From Polyangiales bacterium (GTDB lineage Bacteria; Myxococcota_A; Polyangia; Polyangiales; Polyangiaceae), in assembly GCA_038230375.1 (NCBI GenBank), contig JBBRNJ010000002.1, positions 1 to 64,000 of the forward strand: a stretch of 64,000 bases of DNA. The letters run 5' to 3'. This document shows, one piece after another, positions 22,346-33,217 of the stretch. Below the pieces are notes generated by a model. The model made no database searches, was not told where the DNA came from, and saw nothing but the letters and a program-made list of their open reading frames with translations. Position numbers and translations under genes: made by a program. How positions within the stretch are numbered: the stretch's first letter is position 1; every line of letters begins with the position of its first letter.

Positions 22346-24382
22346 ATGATGACTTTGAACAGGGCGAAGGGCTTGGGGTCTGTGATGGGCGTCGTCGCGA
22401 TGCTGGCGTTCGTCGGGGTGGGCGCCCGGGCGCTCAGCGGCTGCTCGTCCGGTGCCTCCAGCGACACGTCGGATGGCGGGAACGGCAACGGTAACGGCAA
22501 CGGCAACGGTGCTGGCGGCGAGGGCGGTGCGTCCTCCGACGCGGGGACCGACGGCGATCCGTTCGCGGCATGCACGGGCGTCGATCTCACCCAGAAGGGC
22601 ACGCTCGACATCGACCTCAAGGCAGTCAAGGTCTCCGGCAAGGTCACCCTCAACGGCAAGGCGCTCGTACAGGCCGACAGCGCGAACTTCGGTCGCCTGA
22701 CGCTCACCGACGCGACCGGCCTCTCGCAGATGGGCGCCGTCACCGCGAGCATCGACACGGACGGCACGTACCACACGACCATCGCGCCCGGCACCTACGA
22801 CGTCATCTACGACGCGAACGGGCAGTGCAACGCGCAGACCAGCACCTGGCCGTGCGGCAATCACATCGTGAAGTCCAAGGTCACGCTCAGCGCGGACGGC
22901 GTGCTGGACGTGGACATCCCGTCCGTGAAGGCAACCGGCAAGGTGACGCTCGCGGGTCAGGCGGTCCCCCAGACAGTGGCGCTGGGCTACATTGGCTTCG
23001 CGGACACGGACCCCACGAAGGCAGCCGGTGGCGCCGCGGTCCCCGTGCAGAGCATGGCTGGCAGCAGCGCGTACGCCGTGAACCTGGTACCTGGTCACTA
23101 CAAGGTGATCTACTCGGCCAACGGTTGCTCGGCCATGGCCGCGAGCACCGGTCCGTGCAACGGCGGTGTGCTCAAGGCGGACGCAAACCTCACCTCCGCG
23201 GGCGTGCTCGATCTCGACGTGCCCGTCGTCACGGTGAAGGGCAAGGCCACGCTCAACGGCGCCGCCATTCCGGCGCAGGCCTCGCGAGGCTCGGTGTACT
23301 TCTCGCCGCCAACCACGGATGCGGCGGAGAAGGGGCTTGGCGCGAGCGCGCAGATCCAGGCGGACGGCACGTATGCGATCGCGCTCTTCCCGGGCACGTA
23401 CGACGTTGGCTTCTCGTCGGCTTCGGCGGAGTCGGATCCTTCGCTCATGCCCAGGAACAGCGGCGTGCTGCGACCGGCGCAGGCGCTGTCCGGAAACGGC
23501 ACGCTCGACCTCGACATCCCGTCGGTCACCGTCTCCGGCAAGGTGTCCCTCAACGGCAGCGCGATGCCTGGCGTCGCGAATCCGGGGCGCGTCTCGTTCG
23601 GAACCAGCGGTGCAGCCGCAAAGGGCGCGCTCGGGGTCTCCGCCGCAATCACCGGCGGTACGTACAAGACGGTGCTCCTCCCCGGCAGCTACGACGTGGC
23701 CTACAGCGGAGACTCGGCCCCGTGCTCGCAGACGAACATGGGCTCTCCGCCGATCGTCCCGTGCAACGGCGGCCTCTTGAAGACCATTGCCTTCGCCAAG
23801 GGCCAGGGCGGCGTGCTCGACCTGGACGTGAAGACCGTGAAGATCACCGGCAAGGTCACGCTCGATCAGGGCGCACTGCCGGAGCTTGCGCGCATCTCCT
23901 TCTCCCCGGCCGTGACCGGCACTGGCGCCGGCACGGGAACCGGCTTCGTCGTGGAGACGCAGTCGACCTACTCCGTGCTGCTCATGCCCGGCACCTACGA
24001 CGTTGGCTATGGCGGCGCGTCTTGCTCGGACACGATGCAGACCATGCCGTGCAACGGCGGCACCATCAAGGAGGCCGTCGCGCTCTCCGCCGCCGGCGCG
24101 CTGGACGTCGACATCCCGACCGTCACCGTGACCGGCAAGGTCACGCTCTCTGGCAAGGAGCCGCCCGCGACGATGGAGGCTCGCGGCGCCGTGACCTTCA
24201 GCGACAAGAAGGGCGGAAGCGCCACCACCACCACGTTCGACGTGAGCGGGCCGATGACGTACTCACTCCACATCCTCAAGGGCCGCTACGTCGTGAGCTA
24301 CGACGCCAACGCTCAGCTCTGCTCGAACGGCACCGTCTCACCGCTGCCCTGTGGCGGGCAGGTTGTCGCCGGTTGCCCCTGA
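22346..24382 (+). CDS. Lipoprotein with six carboxypeptidase-regulatory/CnaB-like beta repeats
   Basis: Lipobox LSGC, Gly/Asn linker, six about 100-aa repeats GxLDxD..V.V.GKVTLxG...PGxYxV. Confidence 0.8.
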   Translation: MMTLNRAKGLGSVMGVVAMLAFVGVGARALSGCSSGASSDTSDGGNGNGNGNGNGAGGEGGASSDAGTDGDPFAACTGVDLTQKGTLDIDLKAVKVSGKVTLNGKALVQADSANFGRLTLTDATGLSQMGAVTASIDTDGTYHTTIAPGTYDVIYDANGQCNAQTSTWPCGNHIVKSKVTLSADGVLDVDIPSVKATGKVTLAGQAVPQTVALGYIGFADTDPTKAAGGAAVPVQSMAGSSAYAVNLVPGHYKVIYSANGCSAMAASTGPCNGGVLKADANLTSAGVLDLDVPVVTVKGKATLNGAAIPAQASRGSVYFSPPTTDAAEKGLGASAQIQADGTYAIALFPGTYDVGFSSASAESDPSLMPRNSGVLRPAQALSGNGTLDLDIPSVTVSGKVSLNGSAMPGVANPGRVSFGTSGAAAKGALGVSAAITGGTYKTVLLPGSYDVAYSGDSAPCSQTNMGSPPIVPCNGGLLKTIAFAKGQGGVLDLDVKTVKITGKVTLDQGALPELARISFSPAVTGTGAGTGTGFVVETQSTYSVLLMPGTYDVGYGGASCSDTMQTMPCNGGTIKEAVALSAAGALDVDIPTVTVTGKVTLSGKEPPATMEARGAVTFSDKKGGSATTTTFDVSGPMTYSLHILKGRYVVSYDANAQLCSNGTVSPLPCGGQVVAGCP

Positions 24383-24384
24383 GC

Positions 24385-25227
24385 CTAGTTCAGAAAGCGC
24401 TTGTCCTTCGGCGGCTGGTCCTTCAGCTTGTCCTCCAGCCCGCCAAGGACGACGCGCAGCTCCGGACCGCCCTTTCGCTTCGGGCGTGAGGGCGAATCGC
24501 TCGTGTCGTCGAGAAAGCTCCTGGCGGAGACGTGGCCCTTCTGGCGGCGGATGAAGAAGAGCTTCACCCGCAGGTAGGCCGCGCGTGCCTTGGAAGGCTG
24601 CCCCGAGAAGAGGATGCCCGTGAGGATGCCGCCGAACGGGGCGACCACTCCCTCGGGCACGCTCTGGAAGAACACCACGGAGAGCAGGCAGAGGCCGATG
24701 GTTGCATAATACAACTGCTTGCCGGTCACCGGCAGGATGAAGAAGAGCCTCACCTGCATGCGCTCGTTCGCCTTCGACCACGCGATCGCGGTGGCGGCGA
24801 TGGCGGCGCCCGGTCCGACCATCGCGGACGGATGGAAGATGGCGACGTCGATCGGGAGCGCATTCACCGCCGAGGCGAGCACGTTGCCCAGGATGACGGA
24901 GATGAGCAGGAAGCGCAGGTAGCGCCACTTGCCCATCGTCTTCTCCAGGTCCGTGGACAGGAAATAGATACCGAGCGCCGAGAAGAACAGGTGGCTCAGG
25001 TCGACGGTGAGGAGCCCGGAGGTCGCAAGCCGCCAGAGCTGGAACGTGGCGAGACCCTGCTGCGTCATCGGAAGCAGCGAGAGCAGGTAGGGGCCGGTGT
25101 CACCAGGCACCCAGTGGCCGAGGATGGCCGAAGCGAGCGCCACCGCTCCCAGCGCGATCAGCGCGATCTTCACGCCTGGCCCAGGGCGCGGCAAGCCGCC
25201 CATTCTCTGCTGCTGCCCGTCGCTCAT
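24385..25227 (-). CDS. Rhomboid-like intramembrane protein (probably non-canonical)
   Basis: QLWRLATS, HLFF, LEKTMG..RYL; GPG rather than GxSG at the expected catalytic site; C-terminal DKRFLN. Confidence 0.7.
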   Translation of the reverse strand: MSDGQQQRMGGLPRPGPGVKIALIALGAVALASAILGHWVPGDTGPYLLSLLPMTQQGLATFQLWRLATSGLLTVDLSHLFFSALGIYFLSTDLEKTMGKWRYLRFLLISVILGNVLASAVNALPIDVAIFHPSAMVGPGAAIAATAIAWSKANERMQVRLFFILPVTGKQLYYATIGLCLLSVVFFQSVPEGVVAPFGGILTGILFSGQPSKARAAYLRVKLFFIRRQKGHVSARSFLDDTSDSPSRPKRKGGPELRVVLGGLEDKLKDQPPKDKRFLN

Positions 25228-25282
25228 CTGCCTTGAAGCGTAGGGACTTGCCCGACCCGCCGCAAGCGCCGTACGCGTGAGC

Positions 25283-25879
25283 TCACATCGCGGAGACGGT
25301 CGCGGAGCTCACGCTTGCGGCGAGCATTGCGCAGACAGCCACCACCTGGATGTTGCCCTGCTCGGTGGCCGTGCAGCTCGTTGTGTAGGTGGGGCTGAGG
25401 CCGTCAAAGGCGGACTGGTTGAACTTCGGAACGGTGGCGCTGTCGTTTGGTTGCGCTGCGGCGGCCGCGACCTTGGCCTGCGATGCGGTGTAGGCAGTCT
25501 TGTTGAAGGCGTAGATGTAGACGGTGTAGTCCAGGCTGAAACCGGTGTCGATTTCCGTGGGCTGGAGGTTCACGAGCACGCCGTCCGCGAAGCAGTCGTA
25601 GACCCCCGCGGTGCTTGCCTGGTGATTGGCGTCAACGGCGACCGCCACGTACTTGAAGATCTGCGTGCTGCCCGTGCCGCACCCGATGCCACTCGTGAGG
25701 CTCTCCGAGCGGACCACGATGCCGGTCTGTGGGGTGAACGTGGGGGGTGCCGTCGTGCTGCCGCATGCCAGCGTGGACACGATGGCGCCGAGCGCGAGCG
25801 CGAACGCGAAGGTCAGGGGGCTCCGGGCGTTCCTTTCGCTCACGCGGGCAGAGCTACTCGGTTTGTGGCCGGCCGTCAA
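25283..25879 (-). CDS. Hypothetical lipoprotein
   Basis: Hydrophobic leader with TLAC lipobox; paired Cys; GC3-biased frame; start uncertain. Confidence 0.6.
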   Translation of the reverse strand: MTAGHKPSSSARVSERNARSPLTFAFALALGAIVSTLACGSTTAPPTFTPQTGIVVRSESLTSGIGCGTGSTQIFKYVAVAVDANHQASTAGVYDCFADGVLVNLQPTEIDTGFSLDYTVYIYAFNKTAYTASQAKVAAAAAQPNDSATVPKFNQSAFDGLSPTYTTSCTATEQGNIQVVAVCAMLAASVSSATVSAM

Positions 25880-25912
25880 AACCAGAAGGCTGTCGTGCTG
25901 GAGCTGCGCGGG

Positions 25913-26302
25913 TCAATTGCCGCACAGATGCGCGATCGAGCTGCTGCAATCCGCGTACGTCGTGGTGCCCGAGAGCGCCGTCACCTCGCACGAGCCCTCC
26001 CAGCAGACCTTGTTGCCGGAGTACCCCGTCACGTCGAAGGTGTAGGTCGCGCCTGGCGTGAGGTTCACGAAGAGGACTGGCTGCTCGCAGCCGGCGGTTC
26101 CTTGATCGCTCGTCTCCCGATTCACGACGGTCCAGCTGGACAGCGGCCCGCCGCAGGTCTGGCCGATGTTGTCCGTCTCCTGGAACTCGACCTGCGTGTC
26201 TGCCTTGTGGTTCTCCACCACGCAGCCGCTCGCGCAGCCGAGGAGGCCCACCACGAGCGCCACAGCCCCGAGGGCCGACGTTGCCGAACTGAAAGACCCC
26301 AT
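25913..26302 (-). CDS. Small Cys-rich hypothetical lipoprotein
   Basis: Leader with LLGC/ASGC; C-terminal part of track ORF 25913..27460; LTPG.TY motif. Confidence 0.6.
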   Translation of the reverse strand: MGSFSSATSALGAVALVVGLLGCASGCVVENHKADTQVEFQETDNIGQTCGGPLSSWTVVNRETSDQGTAGCEQPVLFVNLTPGATYTFDVTGYSGNKVCWEGSCEVTALSGTTTYADCSSSIAHLCGN

Positions 26303-26422
26303 CACTTGCATTCTACGCCCCGAGCTCGCTGGAAGCTCCCTCGCGAAAAAAGCGCAGGCCCCGGCATTGATATTCCCGATATTCCCGAGAAAAAAACGTG
26401 GTTTTGCGCTAATGCATCCCAC

Positions 26423-27178
<756 letters not shown>

Positions 27179-27179
27179 C

Positions 27180-27605
27180 ATGTCCTTCGCCATGGGAGGC
27201 GGCGGGCGCAAGCGTCGCATGTCCGGCATGAACGAGATCAACGTGACGCCGTTCATCGACGTCATGCTGGTGCTCCTGGTCATCTTCATGGTGACGGCGC
27301 CGCTGATGACGACAGGCGTGCAGGTCGACCTGCCAAAGGTGAAGAGCTCACCCATGCAGACGGACGACAGCAAGCTCCTCATCATCATCACGAGCGACGA
27401 GCACGTGTACCTTGGCAAGGACGAGATCACGGGCGACCTGGACAACAAACTCAAAAACAACTCGCGTCTCCACGACGAGAAGGAGTGTTACGTCCAGGCC
27501 GACGAAAACGTGAAATACGGCGCGGTCCTTCGCGTGATGGCGGCCGCGCGTGCTGCCGGCGTGGACAAGCTGGGAATGATCACCGACCCTCTAGTCGTGA
27601 AGTAG
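27180..27605 (+). CDS. tolR: TolR/ExbD protein
   Basis: EINVTPFIDVMLVLLVIFMVTAP; AD.NV.YG. Confidence 0.92.
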   Translation: MSFAMGGGGRKRRMSGMNEINVTPFIDVMLVLLVIFMVTAPLMTTGVQVDLPKVKSSPMQTDDSKLLIIITSDEHVYLGKDEITGDLDNKLKNNSRLHDEKECYVQADENVKYGAVLRVMAAARAAGVDKLGMITDPLVVK

Positions 27606-28399
27606 TGGCAGCCCGAATATTGATCAAACCGACGTACGAGATCGACGAGCGAGCGATGGGCTTCGCGGTCGCGTTCGCGATCCATGCGATCTTCGCCGGT
27701 CCGTTCATCTACCGCGCCATCGTCCCTGCTGCCGTGACCGAGGACGAGGTGCCGCTGGTCGGCAAGCCGGTCGTCGCCGCGACGTTGCTCAAGCTGGGGA
27801 AGCCGCTGGACCCGAAGACGCTGCCCGATCGCATCGTGCCGAAGGCGCGCACTGCGCCGCAGAAGGATCTCAATGCGTCGAAGGACGATCCGGGAAAGAA
27901 ATCCGACGCCGGTGCGCCGCCGCCCAATGCGCTGCCATCGGATCTGCAGAACCTGATCACGAAGAGCGATCCGTTCGCGGAGGACGGCGGCAAGACGCGC
28001 CCCGAAGAGGGCAACGCGGCGGGCATCGACGGCGGCACCGAGACGGACCCGAACAAGGTGCACGCCGGCGACATGTATGCGGCCCGTCTGAACGTGTTCA
28101 TCCACGATCGCTGGCAGATCCCGACCGTGATCTCCCAGGGCGAGGCAAATCGCCTCTGCGTCGTGTTCCAGGTGAACCTCAGTCCGCGCCTCCAGATTTG
28201 GCATGTGCGCCCAGAACCGATAAGAAAGAGTGGCAATGAGCTCTTCGACGATTCGGCGCGGACCATGTTGATGAAGCTGCTCGACGACCACGCCCCGCTG
28301 CCGGAGCCGCCTCCAGAGGTCGCGGGGCTGTACAAAGGGCGCACGGTGAACTTCGCGCTCGCTGGTGATGTGCACGGAGACTCGTCGAAATGCAAATGA
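27605..28399 (+). CDS. TolA/TonB-like energy transducer
   Basis: TM with His (AIH), Pro-rich linker, TonB_C-like Y...I..RW..P ... SGN.LFDDSA; GTG overlaps the tolR stop. Confidence 0.75.
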   Translation: MAARILIKPTYEIDERAMGFAVAFAIHAIFAGPFIYRAIVPAAVTEDEVPLVGKPVVAATLLKLGKPLDPKTLPDRIVPKARTAPQKDLNASKDDPGKKSDAGAPPPNALPSDLQNLITKSDPFAEDGGKTRPEEGNAAGIDGGTETDPNKVHAGDMYAARLNVFIHDRWQIPTVISQGEANRLCVVFQVNLSPRLQIWHVRPEPIRKSGNELFDDSARTMLMKLLDDHAPLPEPPPEVAGLYKGRTVNFALAGDVHGDSSKCK

Positions 28400-29721
28400 A
28401 CAAGACTCTGGGTCGTGCGGCCATCGCCGCGCTTGGTGCGTTCGTCTCGGCGGCGCTCCTTGCGTTCGGTATCCCGCGGACGGCCACGGCCGCCGATGGC
28501 GCGGACGGCGGCAATGCTCCGCTCCCCACCACCACAGACAACGGTGGTGTCACCCAGGTATTCGTGTCGGGCGGCAACCGCGCGCTGTTCAAGGTCGCTA
28601 TCGCGCCCACCGTGGGCGACCCCGCCGTGTCGAACACCGTGGTGGAGACCACGTCACGGGACTTCATGCTCTCCAGCATGTTCCAGGTGCTCGATCCGAA
28701 GAGCTTCACGGCGAACCTCGAGAAGGAGGGCATCGCGATCGACCCCGCCAGCTGGCGCAACGTCGGCGCGGAGGGAGTCATCAAGGGCTCGTCGGTGCCG
28801 CGAGGGCAGGGTGTCCACCTGGAGCTGCGGCTCTATGTCGTGTCGCGCGGCAGCGATGCGGTCCTCACGAAGGGCTACGACGTGGGGCAGAGCGGGGTGC
28901 GCGGCGCCGTGCACGAGTTCGTGAACGACGTGATCAAATGGTTCACGGGAACCTCGGGCACGTTCGGCTCGCGCATGGTCTTCTCGGCGACCACGGGTCG
29001 CGGCCAGAAGAGCGTGTTCTCGATCGACAGCGACGGGCAGAACGTTGGCAAGCTCCCCACCGTGTCGAACGTTGCGCTCGCGCCGGCCATCGGCCCGGGC
29101 GGCGGCGTGTACTACGCAGGCGGACTGCCGGATGGCAGCTACTCGCTCTTCAAGGTCGGCAATCCGGCGGCGGTGTTGAAGCAGGCCACGGGCCTGGTGT
29201 TCGGCGTGGCATTCGGCGGCTCCAAGATGGCGCTGGTGGTCTCCAACTCCGGCCAGAGCGACATCTTCGTTGGCGCGCCCGACGGCAGCGGCCTCACGAA
29301 GGTCACGCGCGGCGGCCTCAACACGCACCCGGCGTTCGGACCCGGCGGGCAGCTTGCCTACGTCTCGAACGTGAGCGGCAATCCGCAGATCTACGTCGAC
29401 GGCAAGCGCGTGTCGTGGCGCGGCACGTACAACATGGCGCCTGTATTCTGCAACGATCCGGAAGGCTCCAAGATCCTGTTCATGGGTCGCGACGGCGGCG
29501 CATGGGACATCTTCAGCGTGGACCCCGGCGGCAGCGCAGCGAGCATGAAGCGACTGACGCAGGAACAAGGCTCGAACACGTATCCGGCGTGCTCCCCCGA
29601 CGGGCGCATGGTCGCGTTCTTCTCGACGCGTGGCGGCCTCTACACGTCGAACCCACAGGGTCAGAACCAGCAGAAGATCTCCAGCGTGACAGGCGAGAGC
29701 CTTCGCTGGGAAGGCAACTGA
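28390..29721 (+). CDS. tolB: TolB-like beta-propeller protein
   Basis: Signal peptide, TolB N-domain-like region, PD40-like repeats (PACSPDGR, PQIY). Confidence 0.8.
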   Translation: MQMNKTLGRAAIAALGAFVSAALLAFGIPRTATAADGADGGNAPLPTTTDNGGVTQVFVSGGNRALFKVAIAPTVGDPAVSNTVVETTSRDFMLSSMFQVLDPKSFTANLEKEGIAIDPASWRNVGAEGVIKGSSVPRGQGVHLELRLYVVSRGSDAVLTKGYDVGQSGVRGAVHEFVNDVIKWFTGTSGTFGSRMVFSATTGRGQKSVFSIDSDGQNVGKLPTVSNVALAPAIGPGGGVYYAGGLPDGSYSLFKVGNPAAVLKQATGLVFGVAFGGSKMALVVSNSGQSDIFVGAPDGSGLTKVTRGGLNTHPAFGPGGQLAYVSNVSGNPQIYVDGKRVSWRGTYNMAPVFCNDPEGSKILFMGRDGGAWDIFSVDPGGSAASMKRLTQEQGSNTYPACSPDGRMVAFFSTRGGLYTSNPQGQNQQKISSVTGESLRWEGN

Positions 29722-29741
29722 CGCCTGCGCATCTGGCTGAC

Positions 29742-30482
29742 TCAGTCGTCGAAGAAGAACCGCTTCACGCGCGCGGCCCCCGAACGTAGCTTTGACGGGT
29801 GCTCCGCCGTGAAAGCCACGCCGTCCACCGCCGAGATCCCGACGTAGAAGAGATCGCTGCCGTCCGGGTTCGCGTCTCCGCGATATCGATACCGCGCGAA
29901 CCACACGGGGTAGAGCACGAAGTGGCACGCGTGCACCGTCACCTCGGACTCGCCCAGAAGGGCACCGGCGCTGCCCGAATGGCGTGCGAGGGTGTTCCCG
30001 GCCAGTGTTCGTGCCTTCTCTTCTGACACGTCCGCGTCGAGGAGCTCCCACCCGCCCGTCGTGTCCGGGTCGCCCGTCGCAAGCGCGGGCAGAATCACGG
30101 TGAGCGGCTTCGCATCGCCGGGGAGCAGCGTCGATGGATGTTTCATCTCGTACGGAAACGCCGTTCGCGCGCAGACCATCCACACAGCCTTCGCCTCGCT
30201 CGAATCCTGCGTGGGCAACGGGATGCCATTCACGCGCAGTCGCCCCAGCCTGAGCGCCGTGTCGGAGCGATGGATGTCCACGCGCCAGAAAGGAACGAAG
30301 AGCGCATACGCCTCCTCGATGTGCGCGTTCTTCGCGGCATCGGGCGGACGGAACGTGCCGTCGGTCATCTCTTCCAGGATGCGCGCCTCGGCCTTGGTCG
30401 GGCCCAGCCGGGGAGCCACGTGATAGCGCTCGTCGGGGAGCACGGAGCTCGAGAGCGTCGGCAGCAATCTCGCCTTGGGCAT
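29742..30482 (-). CDS. Hypothetical protein
   Basis: GC3-biased frame after accC; FVPFW and LYPVW..RYRY.G motifs. Confidence 0.6.
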   Translation of the reverse strand: MPKARLLPTLSSSVLPDERYHVAPRLGPTKAEARILEEMTDGTFRPPDAAKNAHIEEAYALFVPFWRVDIHRSDTALRLGRLRVNGIPLPTQDSSEAKAVWMVCARTAFPYEMKHPSTLLPGDAKPLTVILPALATGDPDTTGGWELLDADVSEEKARTLAGNTLARHSGSAGALLGESEVTVHACHFVLYPVWFARYRYRGDANPDGSDLFYVGISAVDGVAFTAEHPSKLRSGAARVKRFFFDD

Positions 30483-30493
30483 TCGCGCGCCCC

Positions 30494-31837
30494 TCAGCCC
30501 TGCGCGATCACGCGTTCGACGGTTCGGGTGGTCATCTCCCCCGCGATGACCTCGGGATCGTCCAGCAGCTTCTTGTGCATCGCCAGGTTCGTGCGGATGC
30601 CACTCACGATGAACTCGTCGAGCGCGCGACGCATGCGTGTGATCGCCTCGGCGCGGGTGGGCGCGTGCACGATGACCTTCGCGAGGAGTGAGTCGTACTC
30701 GGCAGGCACGCGCCAGCCGCCATACACACCCGAGTCGACGCGCACACCAGCGCCGCCGGGTGGGAAGTACTCCGTGATGAGGCCTGGCCAGGGCGCGAAC
30801 GTCTTCGGGTCCTCCGCGTTCACGCGGCACTCGATGGCGTGGCCACGGAAGCTCCACGGACGTGTGTCCGGTAGCTCCAGCTTCTCGCCAGCGGCCGCGC
30901 GGATCTGCAGCGCGACGAGGTCCAGGCCCGTCACCATCTCGGTCACGGGGTGCTCCACCTGCACGCGCGTGTTCATCTCCAGGAAGTAGAGGTTGCCCAC
31001 CTCGTCCATGATGAACTCGAGGGTCCCGAGAGACGTGTAGCCGGTCTCGCCGATCGCCTTGCGGATGATCTGGCCCATCTCCTGGCGCTTCTCGGCGGTC
31101 ATCGCCGGGCTCGGCGCCTCCTCGATCACCTTCTGGTGGCGGCGCTGCAGTGAGCACTCGCGCTCGCCGAGGGTCCAGATGCCGCCGTGCTGGTCCGCCA
31201 GGACCTGGAACTCGATGTGCCGCGGCTTCTCGACGTACTTCTCCATGAAGACGTCGGGGTTCTTGAAGCCGGCCTCGGCTTCGCGTGTAGCCTGCAAGTA
31301 ATTCGGTCCCACCTCGCCGGCCTTGCGCACGACACGCATCCCGCGCCCGCCGCCGCCGCCGGAGGCCTTCAGGATGATCGGAAAGCCAATGCGCGCGGCC
31401 TCGCTCTCTGCGTGGTCGGGGCCGGTGAGGACCTGAGAACCGGGGAGGAGAGGGAGCCCGAACTTCTCCGCATTCCCGCGCGCGGTGACCTTGTCGCCCC
31501 AGGCGCGCATGGCCTCTGGCGTGGGGCCGATGAACGTGACCTTGCACTTCGCGCAGAGGCGCGCGAACTCCGCGTTCTCGGAGAGGAAGCCATAGCCAGG
31601 ATGGATCGCGTCAGCGCCGGTGATCTCCGCGGCGCTGATGATCGCCGGAATGTGAAGATAGCTGCGCGCGGCGGCGGCGGGGCCAATGCACACGGCCTCG
31701 TCGGCGAAGCGAACGTGCAGGGCGCGCGCATCGACCTCGGAGTGGACGGCGACCGTCTTGACCCCGAGCTCGCGGCAGGCGCGAATGATGCGAAGCGCGA
31801 TCTCGCCGCGGTTCGCGATGAGGATCTTCTTGAACAC
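30494..31837 (-). CDS. accC: Biotin carboxylase
   Basis: ILIANRGEIA, HPGYGFLSENA, GGGGRGM, ERECSLQRRHQK, EMNTRVQVEH. Confidence 0.98.
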   Translation of the reverse strand: MFKKILIANRGEIALRIIRACRELGVKTVAVHSEVDARALHVRFADEAVCIGPAAAARSYLHIPAIISAAEITGADAIHPGYGFLSENAEFARLCAKCKVTFIGPTPEAMRAWGDKVTARGNAEKFGLPLLPGSQVLTGPDHAESEAARIGFPIILKASGGGGGRGMRVVRKAGEVGPNYLQATREAEAGFKNPDVFMEKYVEKPRHIEFQVLADQHGGIWTLGERECSLQRRHQKVIEEAPSPAMTAEKRQEMGQIIRKAIGETGYTSLGTLEFIMDEVGNLYFLEMNTRVQVEHPVTEMVTGLDLVALQIRAAAGEKLELPDTRPWSFRGHAIECRVNAEDPKTFAPWPGLITEYFPPGGAGVRVDSGVYGGWRVPAEYDSLLAKVIVHAPTRAEAITRMRRALDEFIVSGIRTNLAMHKKLLDDPEVIAGEMTTRTVERVIAQG

Positions 31838-31840
31838 GGC

Positions 31841-32272
<432 letters not shown>

Positions 32273-32305
32273 ACCAACGTACTTACTCGGCGCAGCGCCG
32301 GCGCG

Positions 32306-32767
32306 TCAACGGCGGAGCGCGCCCAGAAGTCCTTCCAGGCCGAGCAGGTAGCTCTGTGGGCCGAAGCCGGCCACCTTGCCAATGCATGCTGCTGCGACCT
32401 TCGACTCGTGGCGGTAGGCTTCCCGCGCCTCGGGATTGGAGAGGTGGACCTCCACGCAGGGCACGGCGACCGCCTTCAGCGCATCGAACAGCGCAAGGGA
32501 GGTGTGTGTGAGCGCACCTGCATTGAGCAGGATGCCGTCGAATGACGTGCGCGCTTCCGCGATCCAGTCGAGCAGCAGGCCCTCATGGTTCGACTGCCTG
32601 CAGTCGACGGTTGCGGAGAGCTCCTTTGCACGCGCGGCAAGGCGCTCGTGCACCAGGGCCAGCGTCTCATGTCCGTAGATCTCAGGCTCGCGCACGCCCA
32701 GGAGCTGCAGGTTGGGGCCCGACAGGCAAAGGACGCGAGTGCGACGCCTCGCGGCCCGAGCGGTCAC
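32306..32767 (-). CDS. aroQ: Type II 3-dehydroquinate dehydratase
   Basis: GPNL.LLG.REP.IYG, QSNHEG, VEVHLSN..ARE. Confidence 0.95.
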   Translation of the reverse strand: MTARAARRRTRVLCLSGPNLQLLGVREPEIYGHETLALVHERLAARAKELSATVDCRQSNHEGLLLDWIAEARTSFDGILLNAGALTHTSLALFDALKAVAVPCVEVHLSNPEAREAYRHESKVAAACIGKVAGFGPQSYLLGLEGLLGALRR

Positions 32768-33123
32768 TGGAGCTCTGCGAGGAGCTTCGGGGCGCAGGTG
32801 CGCATCAGATAACGGCCCTTGCCCATGTTTCCGTCGGGCGTGAGCGCGAGGGCGAGGAAGTACTGGGCGCCAAGCGTGCGGATCACGGTGACCAGCTTGT
32901 CGGTGCCGACGGCGATCTCCGTGGCGTCACCCGCCTCGAGCATCTCGGACGCCCGCCGGATCGCGCCGATCACGACGCTGAACTCGATGCCGATGGTGTT
33001 GATGTCGAAGGGAGCGTTGTCCTTCGCGTAGCTCTCGAGCGCGATCCCGCTGTTGTCCATGATCAGGCCGGCGACCCCACCTTCGGTGCGCTCGACGATG
33101 TCGCGAAGGGCTTCTTTGAACAT
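32764..33123 (-). CDS. mglC: Roadblock/LC7 protein, MglC-like polarity factor
   Basis: YFLALAL..DGN.GKGRY..R..APK...EL matches my recollection of M. xanthus MglC; same accB/accC neighbourhood. Confidence 0.75.
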   Translation of the reverse strand: MFKEALRDIVERTEGGVAGLIMDNSGIALESYAKDNAPFDINTIGIEFSVVIGAIRRASEMLEAGDATEIAVGTDKLVTVIRTLGAQYFLALALTPDGNMGKGRYLMRTCAPKLLAELQ

Positions 33124-33217
33124 GGTTACGAACGTATCGGAAATCGCCGAACCCCGTCAAACTTCAGCGGGCTTGACCGGCACCGTTTTCGGCGCGTACG
33201 GTCCCGGGCCTATCAAC

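Noticed and set aside
22570..24489. 639-aa alternative plus-frame ORF
   Set aside because: Arg/Gly/His-rich off-frame reading of the repeat lipoprotein.
25277..26422. Long N-terminal extension of TolQ (633-aa ORF)
   Set aside because: Overlaps two minus-strand lipoprotein genes; TolQ homology begins near 26423.
30483..31547. Apparent N-terminal extension of the 29742 ORF
   Set aside because: Off-frame reading of accC; a plausible start lies at 30482.
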